Shown one piece after another: positions 11,023-22,745 of a stretch of DNA of 64,000 nt (position 1 is the stretch's first letter; the number at the start of each line of letters is the position of its first letter). Source of the stretch: Camelus ferus (Eukaryota); NCBI RefSeq assembly GCF_009834535.1, contig NC_045696.1, positions 120,220,001 to 120,284,000 on the forward strand, in the 5' to 3' direction. Below the pieces are notes generated by a model. The model ran no database searches, was not told the DNA's origin, and was given only the letters and a program-made list of their open reading frames with translations. A program made the position numbers and the translations under genes.

Positions 11023-12429
11023 CTTCTTAGGCTAAACTTTCAGCATAGAAAAACTTCTCTTGTTGATTGTCATGTTTTGGGTATATAATATCTACTTAGT
11101 AGACTAAGGATTATGAAGGCAGTGATTTTCTGTCTTGGCTGTAAATTCAAATCACCTAGGAATCTTAAAAAATTCTCAAGGCCCAGACCTCACCCCACAC
11201 CAGTGCAATCAGAATCTCTGGGTGCAGTCTTCGGTTTGTCTGCAAAAGGGAACACCAGGAGTCCTGAGGAAGAGATCTAAAAGTCTTCCCAGTTATCCGT
11301 GGTTTAGAAGAGTCCTGTAATTTGTAGACGCCCCTCGAATTCTGGATCTAGTGGCTGACTTGGCCAAAGGGTTCACGTTTCCAGATTCCTTATTCAGGGC
11401 TCCAGTCCCTACACTATGTTGGGGATGTTCTAAAGAGGAGATAAAAGAGAGAGGCTTCCCGTAACTGAGCTCCAGGATTTAACATCCTTGTGTGAAAGCA
11501 GAACTATTTTAGTGCAATCGGTTCTAACTAATTGTAATCAGTGATTAACGTCAACTTCTCAGTCTTTATTTCCTTGGGAGAAGATCGCTGAGGTTGTGGT
11601 CTTGATTTCAGTTGAAACTGTTCTTTCGTGTCTAGCGGGTACTGGATTTTGACAGTTCTCTTTCCATCTGCTCAGAAACCTTTTTATTTTTCGATAATCC
11701 TGGCAGATCTGCAGCTGTGCAAAAGAATAAATGTGATTATTATGTGTTACTGGAACACTAAAAAAAAAAAAAAGAATCTCAGGGTGTGGAGCAGACTAGT
11801 GATTCCACTGAGCAAGCGGGAGTGAGAAGTTCTGCCCTATGGCTGGGCTCTTCTCCCATAAGATCAAGGCGGAAGGCTGGGAGAGAGCTCCCCGGTATTC
11901 TCATCCCACCTCCCTCACAGAGGCGTGAAGGTCCCGGGAAGTTCACAGGCACTCTGTTCCTCGCTCCAGCCAGTCCCCTCTCCGGGAATGGCATCCCAAG
12001 GCCATTCAAGCCTCTGCCTCCTCCTCACGCTCCTGCCCCCATGTCTGTTTCTCCAGCAGATACCTGCATCTTTTTGCTCCTGGAGGAAGTAAAGGCGGCC
12101 AGGTGCGGCCTCCTGCAACTCCCCACATTGCTCGCAGCCTTTCTCACTGCCTTCCAGGCAGAGAAACGAGCTGTCCCTTGACTGGAAGGGCGTGCAGAGC
12201 ACCAAGACCAGAAGGCTGTGTCAGACTCCCTGACCTGAGCTCCGGGGCGGAGCCCGTGTGGCTGCCTTCTTTACAAGCCTCTCCTTTCTTGGCTGCAGAG
12301 ACAACATTTTTCTCTTTTTTTCTACTTCTGACCAGCTCATCCTGTGGGTTCCTCTTCCCGGGTCCATCCTCATCGGGAATCTGAGTTTGATGGAAACTGA
12401 AGTTTATGCAACTTGAGGGGCCCTCTTCT

Positions 12430-12575
12430 TTTTAAAATTAAAAAAAAAGTTGTTTATTTATGTATTTTTTATGTATTTATTTGTTTGCTTCTAATGGAGG
12501 CACTGGGGACTGAGCTCAGGACCTTGTGCGTACTGAGCATATGCTGTACACTGAGCTATGTCCCTCCCCCGCCCC
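12430..12575 (-). mobile_element. Diverged tRNA-derived SINE
   Basis: atggaggcactggggactgagctcaggacc...cactgagctatgtccctcccc with a T-rich tail on the left. Confidence 0.75.
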
Positions 12576-13129
12576 AGGGGGCTCCCTTTAAGATAAAGAA
12601 CACAACATTACTGAAATTAAGGATGAAATTAAATATTTATTGAGAAGAGGGTTATGCACAGAAGGGGCCTTGAAGCTTGGCTTCGTTCATCTCGTGGTAA
12701 ATCCGCAATGCCTCCCCCAGGGTCCTGTCTTCAGCCCTCAAAGCCCTCACCACGAGCTGCTGAGCCAGCTTTCCTACCGTGACTTCGGCTGTCCCCTGTG
12801 TATAAAACTGCCCTTTCTCCAGACCTGTCCGACTCTGTTCTCCCCGTCTTTTTTCCTCTTCCTTCCTGGATTCTATGGACTTGTTTGAACGAAACCAACT
12901 GCTGCTGCAGGGTTCTTCCCAGAAGGTGGGAGTTAGTACTCATGGCAAAAATAACATGAAATGTAAAGTTGGAGGCTGTCCATAATTGTGCAGGGGGAAG
13001 TTTATTGGCACCTAACACCCTATCGCATCATGCTGATAAAAGAAAATTAAGAGTCTGAGGCTTCCTGTGTGTTAGGTTACAAAGAACACCTTAGAATTCG
13101 TTTAAAGCAATGAGAATTCACTCACCTAT

Positions 13130-13330
13130 GACTGCCCTGACCAACCACTAGCCACGGGGTGTTTCGATTTCAATAACTTGAAATTGAATCCAACTAAAAA
13201 TTTAATTCCTCGGTTGCAACAGCCACACTTCACATGCCCGACAGCTGCATGGGGAGCGGCTACCATGCTGGACAGGGCAGATCACGGAAGCTGTTCCTCA
13301 TGGCAGAAAGTTCTGCTGGACAGCGCGGCC
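13130..13330. mobile_element. MER3-like hAT DNA transposon fossil
   Basis: 'aaaatttaattcctcggttgcaacagccacacttc...gctaccatgctggacagggcag...gcagaaagttctgctggacagcgc'. Confidence 0.6.
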
Positions 13331-15426
13331 CTAAGAAGTAGAATCCAGAAGAAACAACTTCTGTTTGATTGTCTCCGAGACTAAAGGCAAGGATAGGGCT
13401 TCTAAAGACAAAAGCCACCCAGTGTTAATCGGAAAAGCATCTGATTTGTTTAAACACGTCCTGGGCTTGTCTGTTTGGAATCAGGTGATAACTGTAGAGG
13501 TTGGTACTAGCTGACTGCTGAGCCCAGGTCTGTTGGTTGAACCTACAGGATACAGTGAGAAGTTCGCCATTGCAACCCGACATCACGGGAGCCTTTGCTC
13601 TGCTTTTTCTCCTGGGCCCTGCTGCTTGCTGTCTGACATCCCCCAGAGCCGGTCATGCTGCTGGAAAATTCAAACACGCCTGCTCAAGACAAAAGACAAT
13701 TCCTGTCAATGTATTGCATCATCTTGGATCCAGGACATCTTGTCCCTCCTTCAAGAAAACTCCCAAGAGCACACCATGAGTTGCTTTCTGAAGATAATAT
13801 CCACTTGCTTTGGGAGGTGCCTGGAAGGCCCCGGGGGAAACAGGAGGTTACCATCATTCTGTGCTGGAGGGTTGAGCTGAGCCAAGAATATTTTTCTCTG
13901 ACACCAAGTGTGCTCAAAGAAACCTGTTCTCCCTGAAGGCAGAGGTTACGGACCTGGGAAAATGCATGTCTGATTGAAAATTTGAAATAGGCACATGCCC
14001 AGATCTTGCACTTGCTGTAACTTGCTGCTTCTCAATGCTGTTTTTCGTTTTCCAGGCACATCGTGTCTCCCTTTGAAGGGCTATCATTACTTGTTAGGCA
14101 AGTGTCCGGGTGCAGTAAATAATTATAAAACAGGGTACAACAAATAATAAACTTGCTGGATTTATTGAGACCATTAGAAGGCTGGAACGTTTGGAGATTA
14201 GGCAACGGATTGAGATGGTTTGAAAAAATGAGGGAATTAAGTTTAATAAGCAAGTGAGGGGTTCTCAGTGTCAGAAAGCATTATTGATTCATTCATCCAC
14301 TCATTTGTACCTTGTCTGATGTATCTGCCCTGTTCTAGACCCCGTGCAGAACGACGACTCCAACTGTACGGCCCCTTTCACGTGGATTCTGTGACCCTTG
14401 CAACAGACTTGAGATGTAGGGCTTTTCAAAAAATATTGCTTTTACGGGTGAGGAAATTGGGGCTCAGGGCGGATAAGTTTCTTGCTCGAGGTCCCACAGC
14501 CAGTTGTGGGTGAGTGAGGATTCATTTTGAGTCCTCTTCCCTGCTGCCTCTGTTCTAGGAACTGACAACACCGAGATGCCCTTGGCTGAGACAGCAAATG
14601 AGTGATGGAGCCCAGGGGCTGAAGCTACAACCTCCGAGGTCGGATTCCTAACCCTGGGAAATCCTTCCTGCCACCGAGGGCTGGGACCAGCCACACGATC
14701 CATGATTTGAGAAAGGACTGAATTCTAGTCGTTTAAAAAAGCAACTGAAACTTTTCCTGAAAGTTATTTAAATGATTTCAAACCGAGTGAAGAAGAGACT
14801 TGAACCTGACCTCTAATGTGACCCAGGAATTTTCTTGGCATTGTAGCAAACGAAAAACCCACGTAAGCAGTTAAATAGAATCTCATTTGGACATGAACTG
14901 AAATGTAGTTTCCTTTTTATTATTAGAGATCATGGAAGTGTTAGTCGAAGTGGGGGTCTGGGAAAAGGGACAGCTAATGTGAAATCTCATTCTTACTCCC
15001 CAGGGTAAAAATAAAGGCATTCTTGAGAAATCATTTGGTGTGAGACCATGTGTGACACCAGCTGTCTGCAATCTGTGTTCTACTTTGTGACACAGCCATT
15101 GATGGAGAGGAACAGCTATGAGTTTACCAGGAGACCCATCCTTTGACATCAACCTTGACAAGGGTCCTTCAAAACCTGGTGATTTAACAAGTAAGGCCGA
15201 GCTCGTCAATGCATACATGAAGCGGAGGGTCTAGGTTCACCCTGGACGAAACATGTTGCAATATAGATACTGAGGGTAACTGTGATTTTTCAAGATCTTC
15301 CTCTGGCTCCCAGCTCCACTCCCCAGCCTCTGAACTTGGGCCCAGCTTCAGGGCAGAGCTGAACTGTGCAACATTCTAGAGCTTCAGGGTATCGAGGGGG
15401 CCTGGTGTGGGGTCTCTGTACCTTCA

Positions 15427-15836
15427 TGTGTTAGTAGGCTCAGGCAGCCATAACAAAAGACCACAAACCAGGGGATTTAAACAACAGATATTTATTTTTC
15501 ACAGTTTTGGAGGCTAGAAGTCTGATATCAAGGTGTCAGTCACTTTGCTTCCTGGTGAGAGCTCTCTTCCTGGACTGTGGACAACTGCCTTCTCAAATAG
15601 CTTTCTTCTGTGGGGAGAGAGGAAGGGGTGCGGTGGGGGTAGAGAGAGAGAGGCAGAGATCATCTGGTGTCTCTTCTTATAAGGACACTAATCCTATAGG
15701 GTGAGGGCCCCACCCTTATGGCCTCGTTTAACCTTAGTTACCTCCTAAAGGCCCTATCTCCAAATACAGTCACATTGGAAGTTAGGGCTTCAACATGCTC
15801 CGAGTTTAAGGGGACACAAACATTCAGTCCACAACA
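15427..15836 (-). mobile_element. MLT1A-type MaLR solo LTR
   Basis: tgtgttagt...gccataacaaaa...tttatttttcacagttttggaggctagaagtc...cttataaggacactaatcc...aaacattcagtccacaaca. Confidence 0.85.
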
Positions 15837-16654
15837 GATCACTGGCAGCTGGTGGCTGCCCCCAGGGACCCAGAGAGGAGCTTGCTTTCTGGCAAGTTCC
15901 TGGTTCAGGCATGAAAGCTGTGATTCTAGAATGCTTTTTGATTCTCTCCTCAGCCCACTGACACCGCATTTGGAGTGGGAACAAACTTGGTCACAGAAAC
16001 ATTAACATTTTTATTCTGTTGTTATGACAGTCATTTTTATCTGAGCTCAGAAGAATAACTGTGTGTCGATGGTAATAAATTCATAAGACATAGAAATACA
16101 CATGGAAGAAGTAAAGGTCACTGATAATCTTTTCTCCCTGATCATTTTGGTATAAACCAGGCTTTTTCTAATGCCTAGAGTACTATCTTTTTTTTTTTTT
16201 TTAACATTCTACGTCATAACCTGTTTTGGCTAAAGCATCTACATGATGGGGAGGGGAGAGCTGGTGTTCACTGGTGCACGGAGAGCTGCTCATGATGCCA
16301 GGTGTGTATACATTTCTGTGTTACACGTGACCTCAGCTCCCTGGCACAAAGGGGCCGGGCTTACCCATCCTGAGGATGGCATGTGATTTGAGCTGGGGTC
16401 TATTTTCCACTTGTTATTCCTGCCCTGCCCCCTGCCCTTCCCAAGTCCAGGAGTTGGGAACGAAAAGGCAGAGATTCAACGGTGTTGGTGGCTGTTCCCA
16501 TCCTTGAAGTGCTTCTGAAGGCCACCTGCAGGTCTCCCAGCATCTACAAGGCAATGGTTTAGCCCTTCCAGGGAGGGACTCTCCCTCCAGGGGAGGGAGG
16601 ATGGGCTGAGACCAAAGGAGGGGTCTCCTGCCAGACATAAAGGAGCTCTACCTT

Positions 16655-17060
16655 ATGGTCGGCCTCAGAGGCTGTCCTCCCAGCCCTGGTGATTCTGGAC
16701 TGGCTCTAAGGTTGGTGGGGAGGGAAACAGGGATGACGGAAACAGAAGTTGGACTGGGATGCAGGCCGATCCTAACGGCAGCCTGGCCAAGCCTGCAGAG
16801 AGCTCTGCGGCGCAGAGGGCTTTTCGGAGTTGCCCCAGGTGGGCTGAAAGGTTGCGCCTGTCTGCCCGGCCTCCATGGCCAGGGGATGTGGGCTGCCCCA
16901 GGAAGGCGTGTTCATGGGGGAGGCAGCTCTGCTGCTGTGGCAGCCCCTGTGGGGGCCCCGCTGAAGGCTGTCGGCCAACAGCAGCCCCAGCGGCTGGGCC
17001 GAGAAGTCCTTCATGGAAGGGGGATCCGGGTGGGGCGTCTCCACGTCCGTCACCCTGCCT
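16655..17060 (-). mobile_element. ERVL-class LTR (LTR33/LTR41-like)
   Basis: 'ggatgtgggctgccccaggaagg...aggcagctctgc...aagtccttcatggaagggggatc'. This explains the GC-rich overlapping ORFs here. Confidence 0.55.
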
Positions 17061-17437
17061 CTCCCTGGAATGTCCTTTTGCATTCTGTTTCCAAATTTCC
17101 ATAGCTGACCAAATCTAACAGGACAACTCAAAAGCCTGAGTACGGTGTACACGCCCGCAGGGATCCGGGCTCAGCATCCATCTCTCGCCCCACCGATGAC
17201 AGAAGCTGCTCTTCCCCTCCAGATTTCCCCTTGAGCAATAACAACAAAGCAATAAATGCAGTTTCCTGGAAATTCCATACTCCACCCATCCATGCTCTTG
17301 CCCTTGGTGGTGCTTCTGTGAGTAATGCCTTTAATTCATTTATCTGAAAAATATTTCATCGGCACCTGCTATGTCCCAGGCCCATGGTCTGTGTCAAAAT
17401 CCCAGCTCAGCACTCATTGCCTCTGTGAAAACTCCTC

Positions 17438-17552
17438 TTTTTTAAAAAAAATTATTATTTTTTAAACTGAAGTACAATTACAATGTGTCAGTCTCTGGTG
17501 CACAGCGCCATGTCCCAGTCATGCAGATACATGCATATATTCGTTTTCATGT
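17438..17552 (-). mobile_element. Very short L1 3' tail
   Basis: L1 3'UTR terminal motif with poly-T, flanked by the near-identical tgaaaactcctct / tgaaaactgctct (TSD). Confidence 0.7.
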
Positions 17553-17579
17553 TTGAAAACTGCTCTGATGATCACTTTT

Positions 17580-17906
17580 CATAGACTCACAGACATGGAA
17601 AACCTATGGTTACTCGGTAGCGGGGGGAGGGACAGATTAGGAGCTTGGGGTTAGCAGATACACATCACTATACACGGAATAGATAAACAAGGACCTCCCC
17701 ACAGCACATGGAGCTATATCCAATTTCTTGTAATGAACCGTAATGGAAAAGAAACTGAAAAAACATACACGTATGTATGTACATAATGGAATCACTTTGC
17801 TGTACCCCTGAAACTGAAGCTAACGTTGTAAATCAATTACACTTTGATAAAAATTAAGAATTAAAAAAAGACTGTTAAAAGAAAGAAAAATCAAAACAAA
17901 AAAAGA
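17580..17906 (+). mobile_element. L1 3'UTR fragment
   Basis: agactcacagacatggaaaacctatggtta...aatcactttgctgtacccctgaaac...gtaaatcaattacac followed by an A-rich tail. Confidence 0.75.
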
Positions 17907-19999
17907 ATTAGTCGTTGTCCCCTATAAGCTTCCTTGTACACACTTTTCTTTTTGCCCTTTCCCCGTCAATTTATACCCTTTGGCCTTCCATCTTCTAGAC
18001 CGTGAGCCTTTTCACCTTGGACCTGCCACGTACAGGGCTGACACATGTCCTTTCGGGTCTTGTATGGTCAGCCCACCCAAGATGGCTGTACTCTTGCTCT
18101 TGGCACATCCCCTGCTGGACCAGTGCCTGCCTCACCTACACCTACTCGCAGGACTGACCTTCCTGCATACTTGTCACCCCCTGCCCCCACCTGCCACTAG
18201 TGACTCTTCTTATCCAAGGGGCAGTGAGGGCCGTGCCCCCTGCTGGTTTCCCTGGTAACTGATGAGCCACCTGACCTCAGTTCCCCTTATAATGGTAACC
18301 TCCCTCTCCCTGCCCCCGGGGAGCAAAGACTGCTGCCAGTGTTCTGCCGCCATCCACTGCCCACGGGTGGGCAGTCACTCCAGAACCTTGCTTCAGGCGT
18401 GTGAGATCCCTGCATCCATTAACTCGCTGATGTCTCTGTCGCTGACTCCAGGCTCTTTCTTCGGTCTTGAGGCTGGGTGAGTACAGTGCTGGCAGGTCTG
18501 CGGGGTGCACCCCAACAGTTCTGATTTTTTAACTCTCTGCCTGTCTCCAAACAGTGTTAGAAATGTTCCCCCCGCCAACAGTGCTTGGCACTTTCCTTCC
18601 AGGTCTCTTGCTCTAGAAAAACTCTCTGCTTTGTAGATGTTCTTGAATTTGTTTCAGACACCAGGGCATCGGTGCCTCAGCAGACAAATGGGAAAGGTTC
18701 ACATGTTTTAAATTTCTCCCTTGGATCTGTTAGTCCATTAATTATCACCATGCACTGCTTTTGGGGTTACTAACTTTTCTGATGAAAGTGTTAAGATGCA
18801 GAAGGGTCAAGTCACATCAAATCTAATGCAATGAATCGGTTGGTGGCCTAAAATTAGAATTAAAACATGTTTGGGGCTGATTTGGCATCCGCTTGATTCA
18901 CTCTGCAATGTTGAAGGGTTTTGGTCATTGTGTGAATTGCCCACTTTGTACTTTTGACCCTATAAAGAGTTTTGTTGATCCTGGAAAATCAGAAGGTTTA
19001 GGGTTGTAAGCTCAGAACTTGGTTCTCAGGCATCTATCAAAGTGTATAAATGAATCCAAGGATTTTTCCCAAGTGCTCCCTGACTGAGCATGACTCCCAG
19101 GATTTCTCCTTTGTTCTTAATTTTGCCATCTTGTGATCCCATGGTGGATTAGTCCTCTAATTTTTTAATAATTCCAAAGGTATATATTGAAAACAGCTTG
19201 GGGTTCACTGCTGGGATTATGGCCTTACAGGACTTCCAAGCCTGAGGCACCTGAATTCAGCACCTGGTTTGCTCCCTAACATCCCTAGTGACCTTACACA
19301 GGTGAATCCAATTTTCTGAGCCTCAGTCTTTTCTGACTGAGGAGACAGGAGTTGAGAGAAACACCTCTTGACCTTCCATATTCTTTCTAAATTCTGCATG
19401 CAAAATAAACTCTTCGTTAAAAAAAAATCCCATTTCTCATCTTTGGTCACTGAAAGAAAGAAGTTCAGCTGAGAACAAAAGAACCCGCCGAGCTGAGCCC
19501 AACACAAATTAATGAGCGGTTTTAAGACACTAAGTCTGGGGTGATTATTATTTGGCAAAAGTTGTGGCTGAGTTTGCTCACATGTCCGCCGTCAGCTGCC
19601 AGCTTTTTAGGTCAGCTGGCTGGCCTCAGATCACTTCTTAATGCTAAAAAAGTTATGTATTTTTGTGCACCTAATAATACAGCCTCAAAATATGTAAAAC
19701 ACCAATGCAGTTAGATTTGAGAGAGCATTTAGGAGCAGAAGAACTAGAAAGGAAGAAATAATCTCTGTGTGTAGGTGACATGAATATGTATCTAGAAAAA
19801 TTAAAAGTTCTACAGTAATAGCAATGTTACAGTTAGAGCCTGCACCATAGCCAGTCCTGCCATGATCATGTGACAGTTTACACGGACGTGAAATGTGATT
19901 GGGAGAAATACCTTTGTTGTTGGAAGCCACTGAGGTTTGGAGGTTGGGGGTTATGAGTGCGGCGTTACCGCGCCCATCCTCCGTGATACAGATCGATGG

Positions 20000-20460
20000 G
20001 AACGGAGGCTCTCAAATCTGGCCGCTGGGAGTGCGCATTAGAAAGACTTTTGGCATTTCCTAGTAAATTTGGAAACACAAATACGCTGAACCAGCCATTT
20101 TACTCTTAAGCCTATTCCCTGGGGACTCAGGTGCACTGATCACCAGGATACACCCACCTTCATTAGCAATGCTCAGAGCAGCATGATTTAAAACCCCAAG
20201 GTCGTGCACAGCCCACGCGTCCGCTAACAGGGAACCAGGTGACGGTGCTGTAATCCATTAAAGCGAGGTGCACGGCGGTGGAAATGAACGCATGCAGCTG
20301 AGTTACGGTTCAGTAACTGCGCTGAGTCTTAAAAACATATTTTTTGAGAGAAAGACACAAAAATAGGCACACAGTAGGATACCATTTATCTAAGCTTCAA
20401 AAACAGGCAAAAATAAATGGTTATCCCTTATGTGGTGAAACTAGAAAAAAAAAAAAGGCA
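20000..20460 (+). mobile_element. Ancient L1M (L1ME/MC-like) 3' fragment
   Basis: Degenerate 'ttggcatttcctagtaaa...ccagccattttactctt...aaaaacaggcaaaa' motifs. Confidence 0.45.
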
Positions 20461-20639
20461 CAGGGCGATTCCCATTGGAGTCAAGATGGCGATGTGGTGG
20501 AGGCTGGGACGTCCTCACATCCCCCATCAGGAACGAAGGCCTGTATCCCTGTGCTGCTCTGAGGGCTCCTGGAAGGGGACCCTCGGGGTCAGCCTTGGCC
20601 TGGAGATTTCCGCAGCTGAAGAAGAATCTGAATCCCTCA

Positions 20640-20885
20640 GTGACTGATTAACACTGAGCTCTAAAGTGAGCCCCACGACTTGGGATGACTCTTAAGGGGC
20701 CATCCCAGCTCCAGAGCTGCCTTTGGGGCTGGCTGAGACCTTTGCTGAGACCGCAGCGCAGCCCAGCTTCTCTCTCTGTCTCGTTTGACATCCTCTCCTT
20801 CCCTTCCGCAGGTGTTAAGGTTAAATATCCTATGTGCTTAGCTCTGTTGCAGAGACTGCTTCTTGGGGGTCCCCAGCCTATAACC
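20640..20885 (+). mobile_element. ERVL-class LTR 3' part (LTR33/LTR16-like)
   Basis: 'gggccatcccagctccagagctgcc...gcccagcttctctctctg...caggtgtt...agagactgcttcttggggg'. Confidence 0.55.
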
Positions 20886-21634
20886 CTTTTCCTGGTCCTG
20901 GGAAGCAGAACTCAGATGCTGATAACGTCCTATCCTGCCATCACAGTTATATTTTCATAGCTCCTTACTTTCTGCGTATTCATTCAAGTGGACACTGATG
21001 TTTTATGTGGTTGGTTTGTTTTATGCATCATAGTGATCCAGAAATTCCGTAGAAGCATAAATCTGGTACACATGAGCTCATGGTATCTTCATATGACCCT
21101 TGGTTTAAGGACGTGAAACATATTCTGTGTTGGCCTGAGTTAATCTCTTTCTTTGGAAGGGATAGCAAATCCTCCCTTTTGCATTTATGAGTGGACTTAT
21201 TTTAAAAGCATGATTTTTCTTATTTATTGGAACACAGCAATTGCATCAGAATTCTTTCCATTACGAAAAGAAAAAAAAAAAAAACAACCCAGACTGGGTC
21301 CAAGTCCTGAATTCTAAATCACTTACCTCAGGGGAAACTCCAGAGGGATGTTAGCATGTTCAATCTCATTTTAACATCAAGGTCTTTTAGAAATAAGTTA
21401 GTTTTGACTCGTAGAACTGGACAGGGGCTTATAGAGAAACTTGTAAAGGGAGATGTAAGAAGTAATATCTGTGTGTTCAAAAAATGTTCACTGAGCACTT
21501 ACTGAGTTCTTTTATGCTTAGAGCTCGTCTATTAGCTTGGGATACATCTGTGGAATAAGAAAAAAATCGGAAATTAACACAACATTGTAAACTGACTATA
21601 CTAGTTAAAAAAAGAAAAGAAAAGAAAAAAAAAT

Positions 21635-22745
21635 CATTGCTTTCATTTGCTCACATAGTTACCATTTTTTGGTGTGTCGTGAGAGCACCTGAAATCTATG
21701 GTAGCAAATTTCCAGTGTACAGTATAGCATTATTGACTACAGTCCTTATGCTGTACGTTATAGTATCTCCAGTATCTCTAAACTCATTCATCCCACTGAA
21801 TTGTAACTTTTATCCATTGACCAACATCTCTGCGTTTCACCCACCTCCCTGTCCCTGGTGACCACTGTTCTCTTCTCTTTTTCTGGGTCTTTGACGTTTT
21901 TAGATTCCACATAGAAGTGAGATCATGCAGTATTTTTCTTTCTACGTCTGGCTGGTTTCCCTTGCATCATGTCCCCCAGGTTAATCCATCTTGTAAATGG
22001 CACGATATCCATCTTTTTAAAGGCTGAATAATATCCCACTGTATATACGTAGCCATGATTTCATTCAATACCTGTCAGCGGACACTTGGATCATTTCTAC
22101 ATTTTGGCTACTGCAAAGAATGCTATACTGAATCTGAGAGCACAGATATCTCTTCAAAAGACTGCTTTCAATTCCTTTGGATATATACCCACAAGTGGAA
22201 TTGCTGGATCATGTTGTGGTTCTATTTTTTATTTTTATTTTTTTGAGGAACCTCCGTACTGTTTTCCACAGTGGCTGCGTCAATTTACATTCCCACCAAT
22301 AGTGTACAAGGGTTTCTTTTTCTCTACATCCTCGCCATCTGTTACCTCTTGTCTTTTTGAATAATAGCCGTCCTAACAGATACGAGGTGATATCTCATTG
22401 TGGTTTTGATGAACATTTCCCTGTTGATTAGTGATGTTTCATCTTTTCATGTACCTTGGCCATTTGTATGCCATCTTTGGAAAAATGCCTGCGTAGGTCC
22501 TTTGCTCATTTTGCAATCAGGTTTTTTTTTTCCCTGCTATTGAGTTGTACGAGTTTCTTATATTTTTAAGATATTAACCCCTTATTAGATATATGGTTTG
22601 CAAATATTTCTCCCACTCATGGTTGCCTTTTCATTTTGTTGATTGTTTTCCCTTGCTGAGTAAAAGCTTTTTAGCTTGATGTGGTCCCTCTTGTTTATTT
22701 TTGCTTTTGATGCCTGAGCTTTTGGTGTTATATTGAAAAAATCAT
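21635..22745 (-). mobile_element. Older L1 (L1MA-like) 3' region
   Basis: Reverse ORF2 3' end (ITPKAQASKAKINKRDHIKLKSF in ORF 22585..22887) plus 3'UTR motifs. Confidence 0.85.

Noticed and set aside
16655..17152. Four overlapping ORFs of 119-149 aa
   Set aside because: GC-rich LTR remnant; no domain or splice support.
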